Source: Spirochaetales bacterium
GTDB taxonomy: Bacteria; Spirochaetota; Spirochaetia; SZUA-6
Assembly (NCBI GenBank): GCA_027021365.1
Contig: JALUUM010000020.1
Span: 204,726 to 268,725 of the forward strand
DNA: 64,000 nt
Direction of reading: 5' to 3'
In this document: in pieces, positions 9,782-20,112 of the stretch
How the letters are laid out: the number at the start of each line of letters is the position of its first letter
Numbering within the stretch: the first letter of the stretch is position 1
The notes under the pieces: model-generated
Told to the model about the DNA's origin: nothing
The model's database searches: none
What the model saw: only the letters and a program-made list of their open reading frames with translations
Translations under genes and position numbers: made by a program

Positions 9782-11655
9782 TTCAAATAGAGATAGATAT
9801 TCATTCCTTTTTTCAGTCTTGTTCCTGCCTTGGGTTCCTGCCTGTACACATAACCCTCCCCTCTTATACGTATATTAAAATCGGTATTTTTAAGGAGTGG
9901 CAGAAGCTTTCTCTTTGGAAAATTGATGAAATCGGGCATGGGGCTGCCTGCTTTTAGTTCTTTTGTTGCCGGAATCGTTACTTTGATCTTGGAAGGTTTT
10001 TCATAGACCTTTTCTCCCTTAAGGGGTATTGCAAAGTATGTTATGAGCCTTTTGGCAATTGTCTTAAGGACAGGAGAGGCAATGATACCACCGTACTTTT
10101 CGTATTTTGGATAGTCGATGACGACGTATATGATAAGTTTTGGCTCCTCTGTCGGGAAGATTCCTATGATAGAGGAGATAAAATGATCTTTGGAATATTT
10201 TCCGGTTTTTCTGTCGAGCACCTGTGCGGTACCTGTCTTGGCAGAGATATCGATTCCTTCTATCCTGGCCCTTCTAGCCGTACCGTGATCGAGGGTCGCT
10301 GTTTTCATCATTTCTAGGGTTTCTTTTGCTACTTCCGGGGATAAAACTTCGCGAATTGGTTCCCTGCCGTACTCCTTGATCAGTTTGCCATTCGGGGAGA
10401 CAATTTTTTTCACTATGATTGGTTTCAACAACACTCCACCGTTGGCAATGGCTGTAGCCGCAGATACTATTTGTATGGCCGATACAGCTATTTCTTGGCC
10501 CATAGCGATGGTTGGCTTGGACCGGGCAGACCATCTATCCGGTTTTCTCAAAATACCGGCACTTTCACCTGGCAAGGGTATTCCGGTAGTCTTACCGAAA
10601 CCGTACTTTGTCAACATACTGTAGAATACCTCTTTGTCTATTCTGTCAGAGGCATATGCGGCTCCGACGTTGCATGAAAGCTGAAGGATTCTCTGGGGTG
10701 TAACATCCCCGTGTATACTCAAATCTTTGATTTTTATGGTCTTTCCGTTTGGTAGTTTTTTTTCATAGAAGCCATTACAGTAGAAGTGATCGTCCATGCT
10801 GAGAGTTCTGCTTTGAAGCATTGAAGAAATGGAAAATATCTTGAAAACGGATCCCGGTTCATAGGTAAATGATATTGGCCTGTTATCCAATGCCGATTTG
10901 TCACTTAAAGATATATCATTGGGATTAAAGTTAGGAATGCTTGAATAACCTAGAATCTCGCCGCTTTTTGCATCCATAACAAGGACCATTACCGATTTTG
11001 CATTGTTTTTTCTGTATGCCTTAAGGGCTTCTTCCTCCACTATGTACTGGACATTTACATCGATCGTAAGAAAAACCTGGTTACCGTAAACCTTGGTCTT
11101 CTCCTTTGCAATCGGCTGTGGTGAGAGAATCTGGTTGTAGGTGTATTCGATTCCTGCAAGCCCTATGTTGTCCACACTCACATAGCCAATTACATGTGAT
11201 GCAAGCTCCTGCTCCGGGTAACTTCTTCCATATTCAGGAATTAGATTGATGCCCTTGAGTTTCCCCTTCTCCTTGTATTCTCTTATCCTCTCTACGACGG
11301 AGGGTGAAACGAGTCGTTTTATGTAAACGAAACCATTATGCCTGGATAGTTTAGATTTGATCGTTTTTTCTTTCATATCGAGAATTTCCGCAAGTATTCT
11401 GGTCGTTTCTTCAGGCTGGTCTACATCCGGTATCCATGCGGCAACTGAATCGAGCTTTGTTGTTATGGCAAGAAGCCTTCCGTGTCTATCCAGTATCGAT
11501 CCTCTTTCTACGGTTGGGAAGGAGAGACTCTCCCTGCCGGCAGAAGAGGGTACAATGATCATCAGTTGTACCAGTCTGCCTATCAGTACGAGAAATAGTA
11601 TGGTAAAGAAGATGATAAATAGCCTTAACCTTCGGTTACTCTTTGTACTTCTCAA
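9778..11655 (-). CDS. Class B penicillin-binding protein (FtsI/PBP2B-like transpeptidase) with C-terminal PASTA domain
   Basis: N-terminal TM, SxxK (SVFK), SxN (SCN), KTG (KTGTA) and a C-terminal PASTA-like 60 aa. TTG start overlaps the lepB stop (TTGA). Confidence 0.85.
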   Translation of the reverse strand: MRSTKSNRRLRLFIIFFTILFLVLIGRLVQLMIIVPSSAGRESLSFPTVERGSILDRHGRLLAITTKLDSVAAWIPDVDQPEETTRILAEILDMKEKTIKSKLSRHNGFVYIKRLVSPSVVERIREYKEKGKLKGINLIPEYGRSYPEQELASHVIGYVSVDNIGLAGIEYTYNQILSPQPIAKEKTKVYGNQVFLTIDVNVQYIVEEEALKAYRKNNAKSVMVLVMDAKSGEILGYSSIPNFNPNDISLSDKSALDNRPISFTYEPGSVFKIFSISSMLQSRTLSMDDHFYCNGFYEKKLPNGKTIKIKDLSIHGDVTPQRILQLSCNVGAAYASDRIDKEVFYSMLTKYGFGKTTGIPLPGESAGILRKPDRWSARSKPTIAMGQEIAVSAIQIVSAATAIANGGVLLKPIIVKKIVSPNGKLIKEYGREPIREVLSPEVAKETLEMMKTATLDHGTARRARIEGIDISAKTGTAQVLDRKTGKYSKDHFISSIIGIFPTEEPKLIIYVVIDYPKYEKYGGIIASPVLKTIAKRLITYFAIPLKGEKVYEKPSKIKVTIPATKELKAGSPMPDFINFPKRKLLPLLKNTDFNIRIRGEGYVYRQEPKAGTRLKKGMNIYLYLK

Positions 11656-12107
11656 CTGCCAGATCCACCAACTCTCATTACTTTTCCGATGACCGTATCA
11701 ACCGGTATGAACCCGATCTGCCTGGAATCAAGGGAAACCTCCTCATTGTCACCGATGACAAAAATGAAACCCTCTGGTATCTGAAGCTTTCTCTTTTCCA
11801 TCACGATAGTATCACCGGCTATGGCTATACATCTCTTTATCAGGTATTTGTTTCCCCTCTGGTACCAGAATATCACAATGTCACCTTTTTTCGGGTGTGA
11901 CCATTCTACAAAGTATTTGCCTGAAAAAGGATTCAAGAGACCGTAGTTGATTTTTGAATAAAATGTGATCGACCTGTTGTAAAGAGTAGGTTTCATTGAA
12001 TCGCCTTCAACGATTATCAGGTCGAAAAGGAACAGCTTCCCAAGGATGATTATAATGGCAGAGATTAGTAGATACTGAAGCGGTGTAACCAGGATCTTAT
12101 TTTTCAT
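11652..12107 (-). CDS. lepB: Signal peptidase I (S26 family). The alternative GTG start at 12140 would add 11 aa.
   Basis: Catalytic Ser box GDSMKPTL, the Lys box IKRCIAIAGD, and GDNEEVSLDSR. One N-terminal TM helix. Confidence 0.8.
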   Translation of the reverse strand: MKNKILVTPLQYLLISAIIIILGKLFLFDLIIVEGDSMKPTLYNRSITFYSKINYGLLNPFSGKYFVEWSHPKKGDIVIFWYQRGNKYLIKRCIAIAGDTIVMEKRKLQIPEGFIFVIGDNEEVSLDSRQIGFIPVDTVIGKVMRVGGSGS

Positions 12108-12176
12108 CTTTTTCTTTTGTTCTCTAATATTAATATGCACGTAATTTCTTGTCGATATGTTTCATATAGGAAATAT

Positions 12177-13280
12177 ATGATTACCGTTCTTAACAAACAA
12201 CATGTAAAGAAGAGAAGAGTTACCCCAAAGAGCCCTCGAAACAGCAAGATCCTATGGAAGAAAGAGGAATCCGGGAGAGTACCGATAAATAAAAAACCCT
12301 TAAGCAATTCCGCGAATCAGACTGTTACTCGGAATGTCAGCATTGGCAGGTTTCTCACACCTTCAATTACGCTTGTTGCGATCGTATCCGTCCTGCTCAT
12401 CCTTATTATCGTATATAATTCGAGGTTCAACAGAGTTTATCAATCTGCTCTGCTACCAGCTGAAAATTCGGTGGAGTCTATTTTGATGCAGAGTCTCATA
12501 CCTGAATCGGAAAGATCCGTTGGGACTCGTAAATCACTTCCTAAAGAAGTTGTTGCAAGCCTCAAGATAAGCAAGTATAGGGTCAAGAGAGGTGATACGC
12601 TTTCTGCTATTGCAGGTAGATATCATATCAATCTTGGTACCCTAATAAGCTTTAACGATATAAAGGATGCAAGGCTTCTCAAAGAGGGGCAGCTTCTGGA
12701 GATACCGAACAAAGATGGGCTCAAGTACAAAGTCAGGCGAGGCGACAGCCTGAGTAGAATTTCCAAACTCTACGGTATCAGACTGGAAGCAATTCTTGAC
12801 TGGAACAATCTGAGGTCTTCAGTGATACAACCCGGTCAGGAGTTGTTCATTCCCGGTGCAAAGATGAGGCTGAACGATCTGAACAGGGTGCTCGGGAAGC
12901 TATTTATCTATCCCACAAGAGGCAGAATAACCTCGCGCTTTGGTATGCGGCACGATCCTTTCACTGGAATCATGCGCTTTCACAACGGACTCGATCTGGC
13001 TAACAGAGTAGGAACGAGGATAGTTGCGGCAATGGCTGGCACCGTTGTTAGAACCGGGGTGAATCCTACATACGGGAGGTACATAATCATCAGACATCCC
13101 GATGGATTTCAAACTCTCTACGCCCATTTGAGTAGGATATTGGTAAGAAGGGGACAGCGGGTAAATCAAAATCAGCTAATAGGTAAAATGGGAAATACCG
13201 GATACAGCACAGGCAGCCACCTCCACTTTTCAATATTTAAAAACGGTGAACCTGTTGACCCATTGAGATACCTGCATTAA
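12177..13280 (+). CDS. LysM-domain M23 (LytM-type) peptidoglycan endopeptidase. The ORF-track start at 12117 is probably too long.
   Basis: TM anchor, two LysM repeats (YRVKRGDTLSAIA.., YKVRRGDSLSRIS..), and M23 metal ligands HNGLD and GSHLHF. Confidence 0.85.
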   Translation: MITVLNKQHVKKRRVTPKSPRNSKILWKKEESGRVPINKKPLSNSANQTVTRNVSIGRFLTPSITLVAIVSVLLILIIVYNSRFNRVYQSALLPAENSVESILMQSLIPESERSVGTRKSLPKEVVASLKISKYRVKRGDTLSAIAGRYHINLGTLISFNDIKDARLLKEGQLLEIPNKDGLKYKVRRGDSLSRISKLYGIRLEAILDWNNLRSSVIQPGQELFIPGAKMRLNDLNRVLGKLFIYPTRGRITSRFGMRHDPFTGIMRFHNGLDLANRVGTRIVAAMAGTVVRTGVNPTYGRYIIIRHPDGFQTLYAHLSRILVRRGQRVNQNQLIGKMGNTGYSTGSHLHFSIFKNGEPVDPLRYLH

Positions 13281-13300
13281 TCTAAATCGAAAGACAGAAA

Positions 13301-14272
13301 ATGAAGATCTCCAAGAGCTTTATCAACAGGGTTGCAGGATTTCTGCTCATTTTAGTGGTGCCGGGAATTATCATAATTGGTATAGACCGTTACCGTTACA
13401 TGGAACGCATCAGGGGGAAGTATCTCTTTTATCCATCGAACTGGGAAAAGATAAGAGACTTCAAAATCGACAGGAAGCAGGTTTTGAGAGAGGATGATGA
13501 AACGGCGAGCAGTGCCAGAGGAGGAAGGGATACGAAAATCGGCCGTATACGGTTGATGTCATACACCGTGCAGAATAATGATACCCTTTCCGGTATTGCA
13601 GAGAAGTTCGGATTGATGCTTGACACTGTAGCTTCACTTAACAGGACCATGGGAGAAGGTGTACATCTGCTCTCCGTTGGCGAAAAGATAAAGATACCCA
13701 CAATGGATGGTTTGTTTCTTACTGTAAAGGGGGATTTCGATAGGTTCTGCCGTTCGAGAGACCTTTCTCCCGATGTTGTACTGGAGGCAAATGGTATACA
13801 ACGTTCCGATTTGAGGCCAGGAATCAAGCTCTTTTTCCCCGGTATACAGCATAGCGGAATAGAGAGAAGCATAATAATAGGGGTGGCCTTTGCAAGGCCT
13901 GTCAGCGGGATAGTCACCTCGGGATACGGATTCAGACATGATCCTTTTACAGGGAATATTCGTTTTCATCACGGCATAGATATAGCCGCACCAAGGGGCA
14001 GGCCGGTGAGATGTGCTATGGATGGCAGGGTGATAGCTGTGGGACGGGATGGTCTGCTTGGGAAGTATGTCCTCGTAATGCACCCAGAGGGTTTTTCGAC
14101 CCTGTACGGGCATCTTTCGAGGGTACTGGTAGGCAGGGGACAGGTATTAAAAAAAGGTACCAGATTGGGCCTGGTTGGAAGTACGGGAAGAGCCACCGGC
14201 CCGCATCTCCATTTCGAAATAAGGTTTCACGGCAAGTCGGTGAATCCAAAGGGAATGGTCCTTGGAATTTGA
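13301..14272 (+). CDS. LysM-domain M23 (LytM-type) peptidoglycan endopeptidase, second copy
   Basis: TM anchor, a LysM repeat (YTVQNNDTLSGIA), and M23 ligands HHGID and GPHLHF. Confidence 0.85.
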   Translation: MKISKSFINRVAGFLLILVVPGIIIIGIDRYRYMERIRGKYLFYPSNWEKIRDFKIDRKQVLREDDETASSARGGRDTKIGRIRLMSYTVQNNDTLSGIAEKFGLMLDTVASLNRTMGEGVHLLSVGEKIKIPTMDGLFLTVKGDFDRFCRSRDLSPDVVLEANGIQRSDLRPGIKLFFPGIQHSGIERSIIIGVAFARPVSGIVTSGYGFRHDPFTGNIRFHHGIDIAAPRGRPVRCAMDGRVIAVGRDGLLGKYVLVMHPEGFSTLYGHLSRVLVGRGQVLKKGTRLGLVGSTGRATGPHLHFEIRFHGKSVNPKGMVLGI

Positions 14273-14336
14273 CTCTTCATTATTAAACTGACTGTCGATT
14301 TGTTACCGATATTATAGATAATAGGAGAAAGTTGAA

Positions 14337-15443
14337 ATGAAAAAGCTTGTCCTTATGATTATCGGGCTTCTTGCCGTATTCACCATAATAAGGGTGCAAT
14401 CCGAGGAAAATACAGGAAGGGGAAGGCTGACGATTCATCCTGGTTATTTCGAGCTTGGAGGAGGAGAGGAAAGGGTTGCATTTTCCTTTGGTTTCATGGA
14501 TGTCAGAGGAAAGGAAGTGAAACAATGGGATATCTTTCCAATGTCTGTTTCGGTACGTACAAAGAAAGCCAGCATAGGTATTTCATTCAGCGGTTTCAAT
14601 TTTCTCACAAGGAGCGGTGTTACAATCGGAAAACAGATCATCGTGAAGGGAACAAGAAAAGGTGATATCCTGAGTGTGGGGGGAGATGTTCTGGTCGAGG
14701 GTAAGGTGGAGGGGGACGTATGGACATTTGGGGCAGATATAAGCTTGAAGAAGGGAGCAGTGATTACGGGGAATGCCGTTGCAATAGGAGGGAAGATAGT
14801 AAAGGACAAGAAGGCAAGGATTCTAGGGAACAGGGATGCTCTTGAAAACATAAAGTTACCTTTCATTTCATTTCTTGCATCAGGCAAATCAGCGGTAAAG
14901 ATCAGGATGATGATAGAGCTGTTTCGCATTGTTCTTTTCCTTCTTTTACTCTTTTTCTTTGTTCATTTCTGGAGCGATTCACTGGGGAAAATGTTACCGC
15001 TTACATTTGGCAGGTGGAAGGAGAATATTCTCTATATACTCTTTGCCGCTTTTCTTGTACCGCTATTCATAATTCTTCTGCTTCTCTCAATCGTCGGGAT
15101 TTTCTTTCTACCCTTCTTTATCCTTGTATTCCTTGTCTCGGTATATGCGGGTGCTGTGGTTGTAATGGTTAGGATCGGAATAGGACTTTTAGGGGGAGGC
15201 CCAACGGAAGGAATGCCCTCCAATGGCAGGATTTATCTTGGAGGTCTCGTAGGCTATCTGATCATAGAGATTCCCTTTCTCCTCGGCCTTGTTCTTGATC
15301 TGGCCTCATCCAAGGGGTTTATCACCGTTGTAGGTGTGTTTTTGAAAGCCACAGGCGTTGTTCTCTGGATAATCACTGCTCTCTACGGAACAGGCGTAGT
15401 GTTGAGCCATTTAAGGTACAGGAATGAAGCATCCGGTGTTTAG
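14337..15443 (+). CDS. Membrane protein with signal peptide, bactofilin-like (polymer-forming, DUF583-like) beta-helix segment and a C-terminal multi-TM domain
   Basis: The segment IIVKGTRKGDILSVGGDVLVEGKVEGDVWTFGADISLKKGAVITGNAVAIGGKIV resembles bactofilin repeats. About 5-6 hydrophobic helices follow. SD AGGAGA lies upstream. Confidence 0.55.
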   Translation: MKKLVLMIIGLLAVFTIIRVQSEENTGRGRLTIHPGYFELGGGEERVAFSFGFMDVRGKEVKQWDIFPMSVSVRTKKASIGISFSGFNFLTRSGVTIGKQIIVKGTRKGDILSVGGDVLVEGKVEGDVWTFGADISLKKGAVITGNAVAIGGKIVKDKKARILGNRDALENIKLPFISFLASGKSAVKIRMMIELFRIVLFLLLLFFFVHFWSDSLGKMLPLTFGRWKENILYILFAAFLVPLFIILLLLSIVGIFFLPFFILVFLVSVYAGAVVVMVRIGIGLLGGGPTEGMPSNGRIYLGGLVGYLIIEIPFLLGLVLDLASSKGFITVVGVFLKATGVVLWIITALYGTGVVLSHLRYRNEASGV

Positions 15444-15468
15444 GATAGGTTCTTTTTAAAAGAAGAAT

Positions 15469-18225
15469 CTATTGATTTCTTCCATGGCAGTACTTGTATT
15501 TTTTACCGCTACCACAGGGGCACGGATCGTTTCTCCCTACTTTCGGATAGGTCCTTTTGACCTGAACCTGGGATGGCTGGGTTGCGGTTCTGGTTGCCGT
15601 ACCGGTTGAAGGGGCATTTCCCGTTGGTGCTACCTGGCTTGCAAATTGGCCAAGGACTGTATGTGATGCACTTCCGACATTGTTCTTCTCCAGTATGAGA
15701 TTTGCGCCTTCGATCGGTTGTATCTTTACCTTCATTATTTTCTGAGCTATGGAGGTTTTTATCTGGTACAGCATCTCATCGAATATCTGAAAACCCTCCA
15801 GCTTGTACTCGAGAAGGGGATTCTTCTGGCCATATGCCCTCAAATAAACAGCTTCTCTCAGTGCCTCGAGGTTTTCAAGATGGTCCTGCCATCTGGAATC
15901 TATGTTTCTTAGATATTCAATTCGAATGAAGAGATTTAAATTCTCTTCACCTATCTCCTGTGCCTTTTCATCGAGATCTTCCCGGAGTTTTTCCAGAAGA
16001 TATTTCTCCAGATCACCTACCGGCATTTTAAGTAGTGTTTCTTCATCCTCCTGAGGAATGAAATAGAAGTTTTCCTTTAATTCATTAAGGAGAAGCTGTA
16101 GAGCCGTACGAGTGTTGCTTCCCCTTTCCCTGTACTCATCCATCATCTCCGCTACCATATCGCGAACCGTCTCGAAAACCCTTTCCTTCAGATTCGTGTC
16201 ATCGAGAATTTCGTCCCTTTTTCCGTAGATAAATTTTCTCTGTTCATTAAGGACATCATCATATTCAAGAAGATGTTTCCTGATTTCAAAGTTTCTCTCT
16301 TCAACCTTTCTCTGAGCCCTTTCTATCGATTTGTTTATCCATGGGTGTACTATGGGTTCACCTTCACCCATGCCCATCCTGGACATCATTGATTTCAGGT
16401 TGTCTCCTCCGAAAAGTCTCATCAGGTCATCTTCCAGAGAGATATAAAACTGTGATGAACCCGGGTCACCCTGCCTTCCCGATCGACCTCGTAGCTGGTT
16501 GTCTATTCGGCGAGCTTCATGTCTCTCTGTCCCGAGTACATGTAAACCACCGAGGGATTTAACCTCCTCGTAGTCCTTCTGCCAGTTTTCCAGTTCTCTC
16601 TTAAGAGCTTCCCTGTACTGTTCCTCACTGGCATTGCTGCCCGCTTTTTTTCTTGCCCTGTATTCAGGGTTACCGCCCAGTTTTATGTCGGTTCCTCTTC
16701 CTGCCATGTTCGTAGCAATAGTGACGGCTCCTTTGGAACCTGCCTCTGCAATTATTAGTGCCTCACGAGCATGATTCTTGGCATTGAGCACCTCATGTCT
16801 AATACCCCTTGATCGTAGGAGGTTGGAGAGTTTCTCTGATTTTTCTATTGATACGGTGCCCACAAGGATAGGTTGGCCCTTCCTGTGTTTTTCCTCGATT
16901 TCATCGCATATGGCATTGAATTTTTCCTTCTCTGTCAGATATATGATGTCGTCCATGTCTTTCCTTATGACAGGTCTGTTGGTTGGAATAACGACAACGT
17001 CGAGATCATATATCTTTGCAAATTCAGTGGCTTCCGTATCAGCGGTACCTGTCATTCCCGAGAGCTTGTCATACATTCTGAAATAGTTCTGAAAGGTTAT
17101 CGTTGCCAGAGTCCTGTTTCTCTGTGCAATCTTTATTCTTTCTTTGGCCTCGATAGCCTGATGCAGACCCTCTGAATACCTCCTTCCATACAGTATACGG
17201 CCGGTAAACTCGTCCACTATCTGTACCTTACCCTCTTGAACAACATAGTCCACATCTCTCTGGAAGAGCCTGTGAGCTTTCAGAGCCTGGGTAAAGTAAT
17301 GGATGTATTCAAAGTTCTGATCTGTAAAGAGGGAACCTCGTATCAATCCTCTCTTTTTTAGGAGCCTTTCTATGTTGTTCATACCTTCATCGGTAAAGGT
17401 GATACGTTTGTTTTTTTCATCTATCTTGTAATCACCCTTGGGGAATTCTGGATACTCTCCTGTTTCAGGATCCTTTTCACACTCCTTCAGCTGATCCACG
17501 AGTCTGTTGACCTCATAGTACTTGAATGTATCATCCTCTGCAGGTCCGGAAATTATCAGTGGTGTCCTCGCTTCATCTATAAGTATGGAATCGATTTCAT
17601 CCACGATGCAGTAGTGATGTCCTCTCTGTACCTTTTCTTTCTTGTCCCACCGCATATTGTCACGGAGGTAATCGAAACCAAATTCATTGTTCGTGCCATA
17701 TGTTATGTCTTTTCTGTATGCCTCTTTCCTTGCATTGTTGTCCATCTGTGAGAGAATAACTCCGACGGTAACACCGAGGTAGTTATACACAGGTCCCATC
17801 CATTCTGCATCCCTCTCTGCAAGGTAGTCATTCACAGTTACAACATGAACACCCTTGCCGGTCAATGAGTTTAGATATGCAGCAGTAACCGATGATAGGG
17901 TCTTACCTTCACCGGTTTTCATTTCCATTATCTTACCCTGGTGAAGCACTATTCCGCCCATCATTTGCACATCGAAGATTCTTTCTCCAAGTTTTCTCCG
18001 TGCAGCCTCGCGTACAAGGGCATATGCCTCTGGCAGTATCGAATCGAGACTTTCACCTTTCTCGTAACGGTTTTTGAATTCCTCTGTTTTCTTTTTGAAA
18101 TCGTCCTCTTGGAGTCCCATTGCCCACTTTTCCAGACGATTTATTCTTGTGACAATGGGCACGAGGTTTTTGAGATCTCTTTCCTGTTTTGAACCAAGAA
18201 AGAATTTCAATGCTTTATCAATCAT
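15469..18225 (-). CDS. secA: Preprotein translocase ATPase SecA
   Basis: DEAD-like motor motifs ([38 protein letters not shown]). C-terminal zinc finger [14 protein letters not shown]. Confidence 0.95.
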   Translation of the reverse strand: MIDKALKFFLGSKQERDLKNLVPIVTRINRLEKWAMGLQEDDFKKKTEEFKNRYEKGESLDSILPEAYALVREAARRKLGERIFDVQMMGGIVLHQGKIMEMKTGEGKTLSSVTAAYLNSLTGKGVHVVTVNDYLAERDAEWMGPVYNYLGVTVGVILSQMDNNARKEAYRKDITYGTNNEFGFDYLRDNMRWDKKEKVQRGHHYCIVDEIDSILIDEARTPLIISGPAEDDTFKYYEVNRLVDQLKECEKDPETGEYPEFPKGDYKIDEKNKRITFTDEGMNNIERLLKKRGLIRGSLFTDQNFEYIHYFTQALKAHRLFQRDVDYVVQEGKVQIVDEFTGRILYGRRYSEGLHQAIEAKERIKIAQRNRTLATITFQNYFRMYDKLSGMTGTADTEATEFAKIYDLDVVVIPTNRPVIRKDMDDIIYLTEKEKFNAICDEIEEKHRKGQPILVGTVSIEKSEKLSNLLRSRGIRHEVLNAKNHAREALIIAEAGSKGAVTIATNMAGRGTDIKLGGNPEYRARKKAGSNASEEQYREALKRELENWQKDYEEVKSLGGLHVLGTERHEARRIDNQLRGRSGRQGDPGSSQFYISLEDDLMRLFGGDNLKSMMSRMGMGEGEPIVHPWINKSIERAQRKVEERNFEIRKHLLEYDDVLNEQRKFIYGKRDEILDDTNLKERVFETVRDMVAEMMDEYRERGSNTRTALQLLLNELKENFYFIPQEDEETLLKMPVGDLEKYLLEKLREDLDEKAQEIGEENLNLFIRIEYLRNIDSRWQDHLENLEALREAVYLRAYGQKNPLLEYKLEGFQIFDEMLYQIKTSIAQKIMKVKIQPIEGANLILEKNNVGSASHTVLGQFASQVAPTGNAPSTGTATRTATQPSQVQVKRTYPKVGRNDPCPCGSGKKYKYCHGRNQ

Positions 18226-18231
18226 AGCATC

Positions 18232-18261
18232 AATGTAATCTCATTACATATGTAAAGTCAA
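18232..18261 (-). promoter_or_regulatory. Putative sigma70 promoter of secA (TTGACT-18-TACATT); the -10 ends 6 nt before the ATG
   Basis: Read on the minus strand: -35 at 18261-18256 and -10 at 18237-18232. No SD before ATG 18225. Confidence 0.4.
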
Positions 18262-18263
18262 GA

Positions 18264-18292
18264 TTGACAAGGTCACGGAGCAATTGTACTAT
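18264..18292 (+). promoter_or_regulatory. Putative sigma70 promoter (TTGACA-17-TACTAT); the -10 ends 6 nt before ATG 18299
   Basis: -35 at 18264-18269 and -10 at 18287-18292. No SD. Confidence 0.45.
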
Positions 18293-18298
18293 TGCTCG

Positions 18299-19540
18299 AT
18301 GAAAATCCTCTATTCGTTTTCAAGGGCTCTAATATTGCTTGTTCTTCTCGCATCGATTATCACCTGTCGCAGCAGAAGGGGAGAAGATATAGCACGAAAA
18401 GATCTGTTTTCCCTTAAGTACGGAAAACTTGAAAATCAGATCGACCTCTTTCAGATACCCGGAAGAACATACCAGAGTGGTACGGCAGTTTTCATGCGAG
18501 GGGGCCTCTTCTACCTTACAGACGGTAACTCCAGAAAGCTGATGGAATTCACCTCCTACGGAGACTTGATCTTTATGTTGTACAATCCTTCCAGCAATCC
18601 GAGGCCAACACTGTTGAATACAGATGTAGGGGACAGGGAGAAGACCACGAAGCAGGCAGTTGCTTTTGATTTCAATTCACCGGGTAAGACGGTCGTCTCC
18701 TCTTTCAATGATATTTACATGATAGACAGGGTTGGTGATGAACGTTCCATTCGTGACAAGAAGAGAGGGGTTGTTCTTAACAGGATCCTGCTGCACTTCA
18801 ACAAGAAGGGAGAGTTTCTGAACTTCATAGGACAGGAAGGAATCGGAGGTAGCCCGTTTCCCTATATAGATGGCCTCTATATAACCAAATACGATCAACT
18901 TATCGTAATAACGAGAACGCCCAAAGCATGGGAAATATTCTGGTTCAAACCCGATGGTGAGATACTGCATCATGTCTCGATTGATGTGAGCACCTTTTCC
19001 AGCCTGATAGACAAAGAAATGAGCATTTCCATAGAAAGGATAATTCCGGATAGAGTCTTGGAGAAGATATATATTTCCGTTTCTGTTTTCAAGGATATCA
19101 TAGATCCTGCTACTCGTGTAAAATCAACTGTAAAGAGAATCGGGGGTAGGATCTATCAATTTGATATGAGAGCTAACAAGTTGGGTGGATATTTGGAGAT
19201 TCCTGAGGATAAAGTTCAGAAACCTTCTGAGAGCAATGGTGAGATAGAGCAGGCAATGCTGCCATCCTATGAGCTCTTCGGGATAACCGAAGATCATTTC
19301 TATTACTTGCTGAGATACGAGAGTAACAACAGAACAAGGCTGTTGATTTTGAACAGTAATGGGAAAGTGATGACTGAGAGAACAATGCTTACGGGAGATT
19401 CCTCGTTAATCTACAGGTATCTCTCTATGGATGCGAGTGGAATAGTTTACGGTATGCTTGCAAATGACGAGCGAGCCAGGATAGTATGGTGGAGAACAGA
19501 TAAGATTCTTGCCAGATACAAAGAGTCCGGTTATGAATGA
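18299..19540 (+). CDS. Hypothetical lipoprotein, probably all-beta or propeller-like
   Basis: Signal peptide with lipobox (LLASIITC). No family recognised. The 18284 start would lie inside the predicted promoter. Confidence 0.6.
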   Translation: MKILYSFSRALILLVLLASIITCRSRRGEDIARKDLFSLKYGKLENQIDLFQIPGRTYQSGTAVFMRGGLFYLTDGNSRKLMEFTSYGDLIFMLYNPSSNPRPTLLNTDVGDREKTTKQAVAFDFNSPGKTVVSSFNDIYMIDRVGDERSIRDKKRGVVLNRILLHFNKKGEFLNFIGQEGIGGSPFPYIDGLYITKYDQLIVITRTPKAWEIFWFKPDGEILHHVSIDVSTFSSLIDKEMSISIERIIPDRVLEKIYISVSVFKDIIDPATRVKSTVKRIGGRIYQFDMRANKLGGYLEIPEDKVQKPSESNGEIEQAMLPSYELFGITEDHFYYLLRYESNNRTRLLILNSNGKVMTERTMLTGDSSLIYRYLSMDASGIVYGMLANDERARIVWWRTDKILARYKESGYE

Positions 19541-20078
19541 GAAGGATAGGGAAAAGTTACGGATAAAGAGAAGCGCGGAACAGGAGAGGACCTTTCATTA
19601 CAATCGCGAGGAACGGTTGTCAATGCCGGGAGCGCCGAAACTGGATTACGGTAGTAAGGGCATTCTGAAAAACAACAGATCCCTCCTTATACTTTTCCTT
19701 GATCTTGTTATCATCCTCATACTTATCTATGTTTTTTTCAGGTTCTTCTATGAAACGAGTTACACTGCTTCCATTGGTAATTATCAACTTTCTCTCAAGG
19801 GTTTTCTTTATGAAGGAAAGGCCTATGCCGCACTTTACGTGAGAATGGGAAAGGGAAAGGCGGATGGCAGGGAAGGAGAAGGTAATATCGAGGTGAAATT
19901 CTACCTCAAGGGAAGGGAGGGGGAGGGAAACATCGTTTCCGGGCAGCTACCCGTTACAAGAGATGATGAGATTATAATAAGGCGAAGTTTCCCATATACC
20001 GGCCGGGAAACGATCCTCTATGCCAGCGTAAGGATAGGGAAAGAGAGAAAGGTTCTCTATCGAAAGCTGTCGAAATAA
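19533..20078 (+). CDS. Hypothetical single-pass membrane protein
   Basis: ATG overlaps the upstream stop by 8 nt. One TM (LLILFLDLVIILILIYVFF). Internal GREGEGNI duplication. Confidence 0.5.
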   Translation: MNEKDREKLRIKRSAEQERTFHYNREERLSMPGAPKLDYGSKGILKNNRSLLILFLDLVIILILIYVFFRFFYETSYTASIGNYQLSLKGFLYEGKAYAALYVRMGKGKADGREGEGNIEVKFYLKGREGEGNIVSGQLPVTRDDEIIIRRSFPYTGRETILYASVRIGKERKVLYRKLSK

Positions 20079-20083
20079 AATTA

Positions 20084-20112
20084 TTGACCCTGCGTGTCAA
20101 ATCAATTATCAT
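20084..20112 (+). promoter_or_regulatory. Putative sigma70 promoter (TTGACC-17-TATCAT); the -10 ends 7 nt before ATG 20120
   Basis: -35 at 20084-20089 and -10 at 20107-20112. The TTG of the -35 is the ORF-track start codon. Confidence 0.45.

Noticed and set aside
15444-15468. AT-only hairpin (TTCTT...AAGAA) between the convergent bactofilin-like gene and secA
   Set aside because: The 5-bp A/T stem is too weak to call a terminator.
19851-19925. Internal DNA/protein duplication (GREGEGNI x2) in the 19533 gene
   Set aside because: It is a short in-frame low-complexity duplication, noted under the cluster finding, and is not an independent feature.
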